A stretch of 64,000 nt of DNA from Acidobacteriota bacterium (GTDB lineage: Bacteria > Acidobacteriota > Vicinamibacteria > Vicinamibacterales > UBA2999). Shown here piece by piece: positions 7,286 to 15,263 of this stretch (its first letter is position 1; every line of letters begins with the position of its first letter). Location of the stretch: positions 11,307 to 75,306 of the forward strand of contig QHWQ01000150.1 of the NCBI GenBank assembly GCA_003222635.1, given 5' to 3'. The notes under the pieces were generated by a model, which did no database searches, was not told the DNA's origin, and worked only from the letters and a program-made list of their open reading frames with translations. The translations under genes were made by a program, and so were the position numbers.

Positions 7286-9061
7286 TCACTGCAAGAGCCG
7301 CGCTAATGCTGGCGATACTGATGAGATTCGGTATCGCTCGCCCGGCGCATACAGACTCGCCGCGTAGACCGGTGTGGATGCGCGGGCGTTGCGATCGAAC
7401 CACACCAGACTGACCCCGCGTTCTACGGTGAGGACATGGTCGCGGCCTCGTATCACGTGGCCGAAGCCCGCCCGCCTGAAGGTGTCGAACACCAGCCACG
7501 ACTCCATACGCACCGTGAACGGTTCATCCAGTAGACGGAAGTCCACGCGAAATGGACGGTCAGCGGATCGCGTGACGAGTGGACGTTCACCCACGAGGCC
7601 CGCCATCACCTGATAGGAACTGGCCGAAGCCAATGGGGCATGGTTGGCGGTCAGCAGGTCGACCGCGACTTTCAACATCTGTGGATCGAGATGCTCCTCA
7701 CGCGGGGGCGTCAGCACGCAGAGGACATACGGCGTGCCCGGCGGAAGCCCCGAGATCTCCTCGAGGAGGTCTGGGGACACCCGAAGTGGATCCGGTTGCA
7801 CCGGAAAAAGCGGTCCGAATGGCAGCGCGTTTTCGAGCTGCCAGTTCAGGTTGGTGACGAGCACGCCGGTCTGTGGATTCACACCAAGCGCCATGCGCGT
7901 GACGAGCGCTTCCGCGCGCCGATCGTCGTGCCGATCGATCGCCGGCCACGTATCCCACGCTCGCCAGCCCGCGTAGGTAATGACGACAATCGTTGCGGCA
8001 ATATGTAGTGCAGGCCGGGTCCTTTTGGACCCGGCAGATCGTTCCCACCCGGCAGATCTGCCGAGCGCTGCGCCTGCCGCGAACGCCGTGAACAGATGGC
8101 TCGGCAGATAGAAGACGTGCGTGTCGCCGACGTTGTAGGTGAACGCGAAGAGCGTGTTGATCGCGTACGCGAGGATCACAAGCGTCACCCACGGACGCGA
8201 GATCATCAAGAGCCGGGCCGCGCCAATCGCCGCGAGCAGCAGGCCGACGAGGCCGAACTGCTGCCGCGCGTCGAACCACCACATGCCGGCGCGGCTCGCC
8301 AGCTGATCGCCGGGCACGCCGAGCACCATCGTCTCGCGCCAATCCGTCTTCGTCGTATCGAACCAGAACGTGGCGAAGCGGTCGCTCCACGCAACAGGAC
8401 CATTCACCGTGTACCAGGTCGCCTGGAAGTTCGGCCAGTACTGAAGCACGCCGAGTGCGGCAATGGCGATCGCCAGCCCTACCGTGGTCGAAGCGAAAAG
8501 CGTCCGCCGCTCCGGCGTCACCTGCAGGAGGAACACAGTGAACGGCACGAACAGCAGAATCATCGACAGATGATTGCCGAAGGCGAACGCATAGACCGCG
8601 AAGAAGACCGCAAGCCGCGCGCGTGAGGGTTGCAGAGAGTAGGTATACAGCGCGAGGCCGCACACCAGCACGAGCGCGAGATGCAGCGTGTAGACCTCCG
8701 CAATGATCGCCTGGCTCCAGAACGTGTACGAGAAGGCGAGCAGCACCCCCGCGGCAATGCCTGCCGCCACCGATGCGGTGACGAGCGAACACAGGAGCGT
8801 GAGCAGACCGACCGCGGCTGCCCCGAAGATGGCGGAGAACAGATTCAGGCCGCGCGCGGGATTGGCGGCGCTCACCGTGTTCACGAATGGCTTGGCGAGA
8901 CCGTAGTACAGCGGATACGCCTGCCGCGCGCTGACGTCGGGCCACAGCACGGCGGCTTGAAATCCTCCGGTGTCGCCCATGTCCACGCCTGGCAGCAGCG
9001 TTCTGCTGTACGCGATGAAGGCGAGCGTAGCGACGACGACCGCGGCGACGAATTTACCCAC
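7286..9061 (-). CDS. Polytopic membrane protein, DUF2723 / GT-C-like glycosyltransferase fold
   Basis: About 590 aa with many TM helices. The N-terminal motif YSRTLLPGVDMGDTGGFQAA...YPLYY is typical of DUF2723 proteins. The GTG at 9061 overlaps the stop of the upstream gene. Confidence 0.6.
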   Translation of the reverse strand: MGKFVAAVVVATLAFIAYSRTLLPGVDMGDTGGFQAAVLWPDVSARQAYPLYYGLAKPFVNTVSAANPARGLNLFSAIFGAAAVGLLTLLCSLVTASVAAGIAAGVLLAFSYTFWSQAIIAEVYTLHLALVLVCGLALYTYSLQPSRARLAVFFAVYAFAFGNHLSMILLFVPFTVFLLQVTPERRTLFASTTVGLAIAIAALGVLQYWPNFQATWYTVNGPVAWSDRFATFWFDTTKTDWRETMVLGVPGDQLASRAGMWWFDARQQFGLVGLLLAAIGAARLLMISRPWVTLVILAYAINTLFAFTYNVGDTHVFYLPSHLFTAFAAGAALGRSAGWERSAGSKRTRPALHIAATIVVITYAGWRAWDTWPAIDRHDDRRAEALVTRMALGVNPQTGVLVTNLNWQLENALPFGPLFPVQPDPLRVSPDLLEEISGLPPGTPYVLCVLTPPREEHLDPQMLKVAVDLLTANHAPLASASSYQVMAGLVGERPLVTRSADRPFRVDFRLLDEPFTVRMESWLVFDTFRRAGFGHVIRGRDHVLTVERGVSLVWFDRNARASTPVYAASLYAPGERYRISSVSPALARLLQ

Positions 9062-10340
9062 GCGCGCGCTTCCGGGCGATGAACGCGCGCACACCGTCGA
9101 TGCTGCCGGCGTTGAGCACATGCTGCGGCTCGATCCAGCCGCGCCGCGCGGTGCCGACCCCGAAACGCATCTGCCGCGCCAGCAACTCCGCCCGATGGCA
9201 GTCGCTGTCGATCGTGATCGTCACGCCCGCCGCAGCGGCTCGACGCGCAAGACTGCCATCCATGTCGAGATGGCCCGGCGCCCCGTCGATTTCCATCGCC
9301 GTGCCCGTCGCCGCCGCCGCCTCGAACAGCGCGTCGAAATCGACGTCGAATCCCGGCGACCGCGCCGGCGATCGGTTTGCGGGATGGGTGATCACGTTGA
9401 CGAGTGGATGGTGGATTGCCGTGAGGTAGCGGTTCGTCAGCGCCGGCCCCTGCTGCTCGCACGCGTCGTGCAGCGAGGCGAGGACGATGTCGAACCCCTC
9501 GAGCACCTCGTCGTCGAAGTCGAGCGTCCCGTCGCCCATGATGTCGACCTCGATGCCGTGAAGAATATCGATGCCCGGAATCGTGCGGCGCAGCGTCTCG
9601 ATCTCCTCGCGCTGCCGCGGAATTTCCTCGAGCGCCAGCTTGCGGCTCGACCACGCGCGCTGCGAGTGATCGGTGATCGCGACGTATTCGTAGCCAAGCT
9701 GCCTGGCCGCCAGCACCATGGTCTCGGTGGAATCGCGGCCGTCGCTCCACGAGGTATGCATATGGAGGTCGCCGCGGATGTGACGTTCGAGCACGAGCGC
9801 GGGCAGCGCGTTGAGCTCGGCGGATTCGAGCTCGCCGGCGCCCGCGCGCAGCTCGGGAGGAATGAAGGGAAGATCCAGGCGATCGTACAGGTCGTCTTCC
9901 GACGGACAGCGCACCGGGCGCCCCTCGTCATCCGCGAGCTCCGCCGACTCGAGACGCAATCCTCGCGCGGCGGCGCGTTCGCTGAGCGCGGCCACGTGCG
10001 AAGAGGCGCCGGTGAGCCAGACGAGCGCGGCGCCGATCTGGTCCGGCGTCGTGAGGTGGAGTGTCAGCACGCCACGCTCCGTGTTGATCATCACGCTGCG
10101 GTCGCTCAACTGGCGTCGTCCGAGCACCAGCGGCAGCCGCGTGAAGGCGTTCATGACCGCGCGATGCTCGGTGGCGGGCGCGGTGCCGAGCACGTCGACC
10201 GAGTGCACCGCGGGCTCGAACCGGCGCACCTCGCCGACCGCAATCAGCGTCTCGACTGCGATGCCAGCCCGTCGCGCTTCGCGGATGGCGGTGGACGCGA
10301 GGAGATGCGCGCGTCCCAGCGGAAGAGGATCGTCGACCAA
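9054..10340 (-). CDS. PolX-family remnant: degenerate Pol-beta palm/thumb plus an intact PHP phosphoesterase domain (N-terminal 8-kDa and fingers domains absent)
   Basis: PHP motifs are present (GDLHMHTSWSDG, VAITDHS, HGIEVDI, SLHD, ITHP). The upstream region aligns to the PolX palm (GEVRRFEPAVHSVDVLG versus consensus GSxRRGxxxxGDxDxL). TTG start, with an in-frame stop 9 codons upstream. Confidence 0.7.
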   Translation of the reverse strand: MVDDPLPLGRAHLLASTAIREARRAGIAVETLIAVGEVRRFEPAVHSVDVLGTAPATEHRAVMNAFTRLPLVLGRRQLSDRSVMINTERGVLTLHLTTPDQIGAALVWLTGASSHVAALSERAAARGLRLESAELADDEGRPVRCPSEDDLYDRLDLPFIPPELRAGAGELESAELNALPALVLERHIRGDLHMHTSWSDGRDSTETMVLAARQLGYEYVAITDHSQRAWSSRKLALEEIPRQREEIETLRRTIPGIDILHGIEVDIMGDGTLDFDDEVLEGFDIVLASLHDACEQQGPALTNRYLTAIHHPLVNVITHPANRSPARSPGFDVDFDALFEAAAATGTAMEIDGAPGHLDMDGSLARRAAAAGVTITIDSDCHRAELLARQMRFGVGTARRGWIEPQHVLNAGSIDGVRAFIARKRARG

Positions 10341-10401
10341 CGGTACGACGATCTTATTGCAATCGATCAGGCATCCCAGCGGAGCTGCGGCACCACTTGC
10401 T

Positions 10402-10773
10402 TCAGTTTGGTAAGAGTCGCATCAACTCCTGCTGCCAGTTCTGGATGACGACGATCGTCGGCCGCGAACCCGGGTCAACGGAACCGGCGCTCTCGTAACT
10501 GCGGCCTGACAAACCGGCGTTATAGAGGAAGTACGAGTTGCGGCGCCGGGCGAGCGGGGCACCTGCGCGCCCAGAGCGGCTGTCGTCCTCCGGCGGTCGA
10601 TATCTGCCACCGTCCGGCGTCGACGTCGGAAATGGTCGAACGTAGACTTCCTCGCGTCCCGAATCCGTCGATTCATATGCGAGCCACTTACCGTCCGGAT
10701 AAATCTCCGCGTTGCGCTCGCTGAATGCGGTGCGGATCAGCGGAGTGAGGCGCCGTACGCGCCCGAGTGTCAC
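10402..10773 (-). pseudogene. C-terminal remnant of a PD40/TolB-like beta-propeller protein (the type fused to Ser/Thr kinases)
   Basis: PDGKWLAYESTDSGREEVYVRPFP... ...PTIVVIQNWQQELMRLLPN-stop matches the usual end of PD40-repeat proteins. Only about 120 codons remain and the middle is degenerate. Confidence 0.5.
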
Positions 10774-10814
10774 CGCCGCAAGATGATGCCGCCCACTGCC
10801 GCCAACGGCGGCAG

Positions 10815-11041
10815 TCAGGCAGGTATGGTCGTGACGTCGTAGCGTTGGAATGCCGGATCGGCGGTCAGGATTGGCAACTGTTCGATCTGCGCCTGCGCGA
10901 TGAGGAGCCGATCGAACGGATCACGATGGTGCCCGGGCAGGATCGACACGCGAAGGGCATGGCTGTGTTCGACATCATCCGAGAGGCGCTCGGGTGCGGC
11001 GGCCATCCACAACAGCACCGCGTGTCCAGAAGAATTCTCAC
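10815..11041 (-). pseudogene. vapC: Decayed PIN-domain toxin VapC (frameshift plus internal deletion)
   Basis: GTG at 11041 overlaps the antitoxin stop (GGTGA) and reads VRILLDT. The frame is then lost near 11020. The ORF-track frame continues HAVLLWMAAAPERLSDDV and jumps straight to EHSHALRVSILPGHHRDPFDRLLIAQAQIEQLPILTAD. About 55 central residues of a normal ~130-aa VapC are missing. Confidence 0.6.
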
Positions 11042-11232
11042 CGCTCGAACGCTGCCAGCATCTCCTCCGGGAGCGCCGCATCGAAGTCGTCCGCGATGAA
11101 GACCTGCCCCTTGTCCTGGCCGAGGAGACGTTTCCCCTGAACAACGGCTGGCACGAGGCGGGCGACCGGCTTGCCGGCTTTCGCGATCACGATTTCTTCC
11201 CCGCCGGCTACCCGTTCGAGCAGGCGGGACAT
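11038..11232 (-). CDS. Phd/YefM-type antitoxin
   Basis: MSRLLERVAGGEEIVIAKAGKPVARLVPAVV...DDFDAALPEEMLAAFE matches prevent-host-death antitoxins. The start is uncertain (ATG at 11232 or GTG at 11271). Confidence 0.6.
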   Translation of the reverse strand: MSRLLERVAGGEEIVIAKAGKPVARLVPAVVQGKRLLGQDKGQVFIADDFDAALPEEMLAAFER

Positions 11233-11330
11233 CAGACTAAGTTTCAACAAATCGCAACCACAGCACCGTACGCACCGAGTGCCAGTTTTCGCCCGCCGTT
11301 CTCGCCTCTCTTGGCGAGGAGGGAAGCGAC

Positions 11331-11855
11331 ATGGCAAAGAGGACGCGAACGGTCGTTGGGCTGGCAGCGGCGGCGTTACTCGCGGGCGTTCACCCGAGCC
11401 AGGCGGCCGAGAGGGGCCATGTCCGCTGGGAGAGCCCGGTCATTGGCGCCGCCATCGAGGAGGCGATCGAGCGTTCCCAGACCTTCCGAGCGCTGGTCGC
11501 GACGATCGACGCGAGCGACACCTATGTGTTCGTCACCACCGGCGAGTGCGGCCATGGGGTGCGGGCCTGCTTCGTCAACGTCGTGGGCTCCGGATCTCAC
11601 CGCTACATGTTCGTGCGCGTTGATCCACGCAAGCGTGATTGCGAGCTCATGGCGTCGATCGGCCACGAGTTGCGGCACACCATCGAGGTCATCGAAGAGC
11701 CGTCGATCCGGTCGGAAGCAGCGAAGGTCCTCTTCTACGAGCGCACGGGCAGGCACGGCACGGCGCGAGCGTACGAAACCATTGCCGCCATGGATGCGGG
11801 CAACGCCGTCCGTTCGGAAATCAACGCGTTCAACCGTCACACGCGACCGCGATAA
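11331..11855 (+). CDS. Secreted hypothetical protein with an HExxH motif
   Basis: Signal peptide (VVGLAAAALLAGVHPSQA) and a SIGHELRHTIEV motif. No family recognised. Confidence 0.45.
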   Translation: MAKRTRTVVGLAAAALLAGVHPSQAAERGHVRWESPVIGAAIEEAIERSQTFRALVATIDASDTYVFVTTGECGHGVRACFVNVVGSGSHRYMFVRVDPRKRDCELMASIGHELRHTIEVIEEPSIRSEAAKVLFYERTGRHGTARAYETIAAMDAGNAVRSEINAFNRHTRPR

Positions 11856-11865
11856 GGAGGACATC

Positions 11866-12060
11866 ATGTCCAACATCAGATTGGCCGTTGCATCGCTGGT
11901 GGGGATTCTGGCCGTTGGAGCTTCGCTGAGCGCCACCTCAATCGGACGCACCAATTACCTGACCTTCAGCGCGCCGTTCGCGCTGCCAGGCGTCTCGCTG
12001 CCGGCGGGAACCTACATCTTCGAAGCACCGCTCGAGTCCTCGCTCGACGTCCGTTGGTGA
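11866..12060 (+). pseudogene. Truncated member of a small secreted-protein family (paralogues at 47101-47484 and 47544-47918)
   Basis: Signal peptide plus the shared motif LTFSAPFALPGVSLPAGTYIFE, then a premature stop after LDVRW. A family-like C-terminal piece (APTPVKVWFPAG) is readable in another frame at about 12075-12110. Confidence 0.45.
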
Positions 12061-12086
12061 AGCGCGGCGCGGAGCACCGACACCCG

Positions 12087-12689
12087 TCAAGGTGTGGTTC
12101 CCCGCCGGCCGGCGGCAGGGGACAGCTCGCGAAGCAGCCATGCCTTCGCGATTTTCCAATCCCGCATGACCGTCTCCCCCGAGACCTTCAGCGCTTCGGC
12201 GGTCTCCTCGACGGAGAGGCCGCCGAAGAACCGCATTTCGACGACCTGCGCCTTGCGGGCATCGAACGCCGCCAGCGCGGTCAGCGCATCGTCGAGCGCG
12301 ACGAGATCCCGTGACGGTTCCGGCGAGACCACCAGCGCTTCGTCGAGAGACACCTTCTGCGCGCCGCCACCACGCTTCTGGTATGCCTTCGCACGCGCGA
12401 AGTCGACGAGAATCCGGCGCATCAACCGCGACGACATCGCAAAGAAATGCGCCCGGTCCTGCCAGTTCACGTGCTTGATGTCGATGAGCCGGGCGTAGGC
12501 TTCGTTGACGAGCGCCGTTGCCTGTAACGTGTGTCCCGCGCGCTCGCGCGCCATGTGCCGGCGCGCCACGCGGCGCAGCTCCTCATGCACGAGCGGAACG
12601 AGCCTGTCCAACGCCGCCAGGTCGCCTTTGCGCCAGTTGACCAGGAGCTGCGTAATCTCGTGCGAGCTGCCGGGACCGTTGCCTACCAC
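12087..12689 (-). CDS. ECF-type RNA polymerase sigma factor (TIGR02999-like)
   Basis: ITQLLVNWRKGDLAALDRLVPLVHEELRRVARRHM...TLQATALVNEAY..., with region 4 (VVEMRFFGGLSVEETAEALKVSGETVMRDWKIAKAWL). The likely GTG start at 12689 overlaps the TAG of the upstream peptidase (GTGGTAG). Confidence 0.85.
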   Translation of the reverse strand: MVGNGPGSSHEITQLLVNWRKGDLAALDRLVPLVHEELRRVARRHMARERAGHTLQATALVNEAYARLIDIKHVNWQDRAHFFAMSSRLMRRILVDFARAKAYQKRGGGAQKVSLDEALVVSPEPSRDLVALDDALTALAAFDARKAQVVEMRFFGGLSVEETAEALKVSGETVMRDWKIAKAWLLRELSPAAGRRGTTP

Positions 12690-14608
12690 ACGCGTACGCG
12701 ATCCTCCGGCGCAAGATGCAACTTCTGACCAGGCTTCACGTCGAACGGGGCGTACCACGCATCGAGGTTGCGCACGGTGTCGGCGCGGTACTCGTCGAGC
12801 GCGTGGCCGTCGGTGAGCACCTGCTGCCGGGCGACCTCTTCCCGATCCTTCGACTGCCAGCTCTGACCAAAGCTGAGGAAGAACGTACGGTCATCGGTGC
12901 CGCCGCTGGCGTGATACGCGTCATACGCGGCCGAGAGTCCCGCCACGTCGGCGATGTTCTCGCTCAGCGTCAGCTGCCCGTTCTCGTGGAGATCGGTGAA
13001 CGGCATGTAGGCGTTGTACTGCGCGACGAGCTTCGCCGACGCGGCCGTGAAGTGCGCGAGATCTTCCGCCGTCCACCAGTTGGCGAGCCGGCCCGTGGAG
13101 TCGAACTGGCTGCCCTGGTCGTCGAAGCTGTGGCTGATCTCGTGGCCGATGATCGCGCCGATGGAGCCGTAGCGCGCCGCGCCGCTTGCCTGCGAATCGT
13201 AGAAGGGCGGTTCGAGAATCGCGGCGGGGAAGTTGAGCGCGTTCTGAATCGGCAGGTTCACGGCGTTGACGGTTTGCGGATCGAGCCACCACTGGGCGCG
13301 ATCCGGCGCCTCGCGCAGCTGCTGGAGCCGGTACTCGTAGTCGAAGAGCTCCGCCCGCTCGGCGTTGCCGACCGCATCAGCGCGGACGATCTGCAGCTTC
13401 GAGAAGTCGCGCCAGCTGTCCGGATAGCCGATGCCCACCTTCAGCGTCGCGAGCTTCGCTTTCGCGCTCGCCTTGGTCTTCGGCGACATCCACGTGAGCG
13501 CGTCGAGCCGGCGATCGAACGCCATCACGATCGCGGCGACCATCTCCTGCAGCTGCGTTTTCGCGGACGCGGGGAAGTATTTCGCGACGTACATCTGCGC
13601 GACGACCTCGCCGAGCGCCCCGTTGGTCGCATTGACCGCGCGCTTCCAGCGATCCTGCTGCTGGGGCGTGCCCGACAGCGTCTTGCCGTAGAACGCGAAG
13701 CTCTCGTCGGCGAACGCCTTCGGCAGGATGCGCGAGTACCGATCGAGCTCGTGGAACTTCAGATAGTCTTTCCACGCGTCCATCGAGACCGACTGCACCA
13801 GCGCCGCAGTCCCTCTGAACGCGCCCGGATGCCAGACGATGATCGTCGGCGAGGCGTCGAGACGCGCGCCGGCGAGCAGGGCCTTCCAGTCGATGCCGGG
13901 TGCCCGCCGGCCGAACTCGTCAGGGGTCCACGGATTGTTCGCCTTGTGCACGTCGACCGATTCGGTGCGGGTCGCGTGCGTGTTGGCGATGCGCCGTTCG
14001 AGATCGAAGACGGCGGCCGCGCGCTCCTCCGGCTTGTCGATGCCGGCGAGCTTCAGCACCATCGCGATGTGCGTGCGATACGCCGCGCGGATGCCGTCCA
14101 TGCGCGCGCCGGTCTGCACGTAGTAATCGCGATCCGGAAGGCCGAGGCCACCCTGCAGCAGATACGGCAGCTTGTCGGCGAGGGCGTCTATCTCCGCCAG
14201 CCGCCCTCGCATCGGTTCGAGCCGCTTCTTCTCGATGGCCTGTTCGTCCATGTAGGTCGCGTAGTAATCGCCGACCTGTCCCGAGGCGTGTTCCATCAGC
14301 TCGCGCGTGCGCTGCTGTGCGCGGTCGAAGAGGATCGACCAGACGCCATACGAACTGCGGTCGGGAGGAATCTCCGTCCGCTTCAGCCATCCGCCGTTCG
14401 CGTAGCGGAAGAAATCGTCGCCAGGCATGACCGACGGATCGATGGCGGACTGGTCGATGCCATGTGAGGCGGGTGAGGCGGGTGAGGCGGGTGGGTCGGC
14501 CTTGGCGCCGCCGCCGCACGCGGCCATTGTCAGTGCCGCCGCGAGCAGAAAGCTGAGATAAAGTGTGCGCGCCAGGAGGTGTGACATGCGGCGGCTGCTG
14601 TTCGTCAT
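12683..14608 (-). CDS. M13-family zinc metallopeptidase (PepO/neprilysin-like), lipoprotein
   Basis: Lipobox (LTMAACGG), HEISHSFD zinc motif, ENIADVAGL, GGLGLPDRDYY, and a C-terminal RVRVW. The start is ATG at 14608 or 14587. Confidence 0.85.
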   Translation of the reverse strand: MTNSSRRMSHLLARTLYLSFLLAAALTMAACGGGAKADPPASPASPASHGIDQSAIDPSVMPGDDFFRYANGGWLKRTEIPPDRSSYGVWSILFDRAQQRTRELMEHASGQVGDYYATYMDEQAIEKKRLEPMRGRLAEIDALADKLPYLLQGGLGLPDRDYYVQTGARMDGIRAAYRTHIAMVLKLAGIDKPEERAAAVFDLERRIANTHATRTESVDVHKANNPWTPDEFGRRAPGIDWKALLAGARLDASPTIIVWHPGAFRGTAALVQSVSMDAWKDYLKFHELDRYSRILPKAFADESFAFYGKTLSGTPQQQDRWKRAVNATNGALGEVVAQMYVAKYFPASAKTQLQEMVAAIVMAFDRRLDALTWMSPKTKASAKAKLATLKVGIGYPDSWRDFSKLQIVRADAVGNAERAELFDYEYRLQQLREAPDRAQWWLDPQTVNAVNLPIQNALNFPAAILEPPFYDSQASGAARYGSIGAIIGHEISHSFDDQGSQFDSTGRLANWWTAEDLAHFTAASAKLVAQYNAYMPFTDLHENGQLTLSENIADVAGLSAAYDAYHASGGTDDRTFFLSFGQSWQSKDREEVARQQVLTDGHALDEYRADTVRNLDAWYAPFDVKPGQKLHLAPEDRVRVW

Positions 14609-15074
14609 GGTATTGGCCTCGATGGGATGCTTTCTTACCGTACCACGTTCGTTCGCACAAACCGGCGAGGCCTGGGTCGGCACGTGGACGCTCAATCTCG
14701 CCCAGTCTTCATACGATCCCGCGAACCTCGCGCCGAAGAGCGCGACGACGAAGATCGCCACATCCGGCGACAGTTACACGGTCATCACCGACGGCGTGAA
14801 CGCGGCGGGGCAGAAGACACACGAGGAGACGACCTACAGGTTCGACGGCAAGGACTACGACGTCAAGGGCGCGGCCGACGCGAAGACCACGCGCGTCTAC
14901 ACGCGCGTCGACGATCACCACTACTCGTACTCGACGAAAGTGAACGGCGCGATCACGACGGCGGCGCGCGTGGCGGTGACGCCGGACGGCAAGACGCGGA
15001 CGATCACGGTCAGCGGACGCGACGCCGACGGGCGCATCATCCGGAACTTCCTCGTCTGGAACCGCGCCGGGTAG
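14586..15074 (+). CDS. Secreted beta-rich hypothetical protein (lipocalin-like)
   Basis: Signal peptide (MRRLLFVMVLASMGCFLTVPRSFA), then GTWTLNLAQS...alternating beta pattern...TRTITVSGRDADGRIIRNFLVWNR. Confidence 0.5.
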   Translation: MRRLLFVMVLASMGCFLTVPRSFAQTGEAWVGTWTLNLAQSSYDPANLAPKSATTKIATSGDSYTVITDGVNAAGQKTHEETTYRFDGKDYDVKGAADAKTTRVYTRVDDHHYSYSTKVNGAITTAARVAVTPDGKTRTITVSGRDADGRIIRNFLVWNRAG

Positions 15075-15155
15075 CATGTTAAACTCGAGGTTCGTGCTCG
15101 CGCGAAGGCACACGCCCGTAGGACGCGCGCGAGGCGATAATTCCTACATCGAGAC

Positions 15156-15231
<76 letters not shown>

Positions 15232-15263
15232 ATCTTCTACTACGTGCACTACGTGCCGCCCGC

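Noticed and set aside
12716-14467. 583-aa ORF on the plus strand
   Set aside because: It is antisense to the M13 peptidase gene, which has clear HExxH and family motifs. The plus-strand translation is low-complexity (R/E/V/L) with no recognisable motif.
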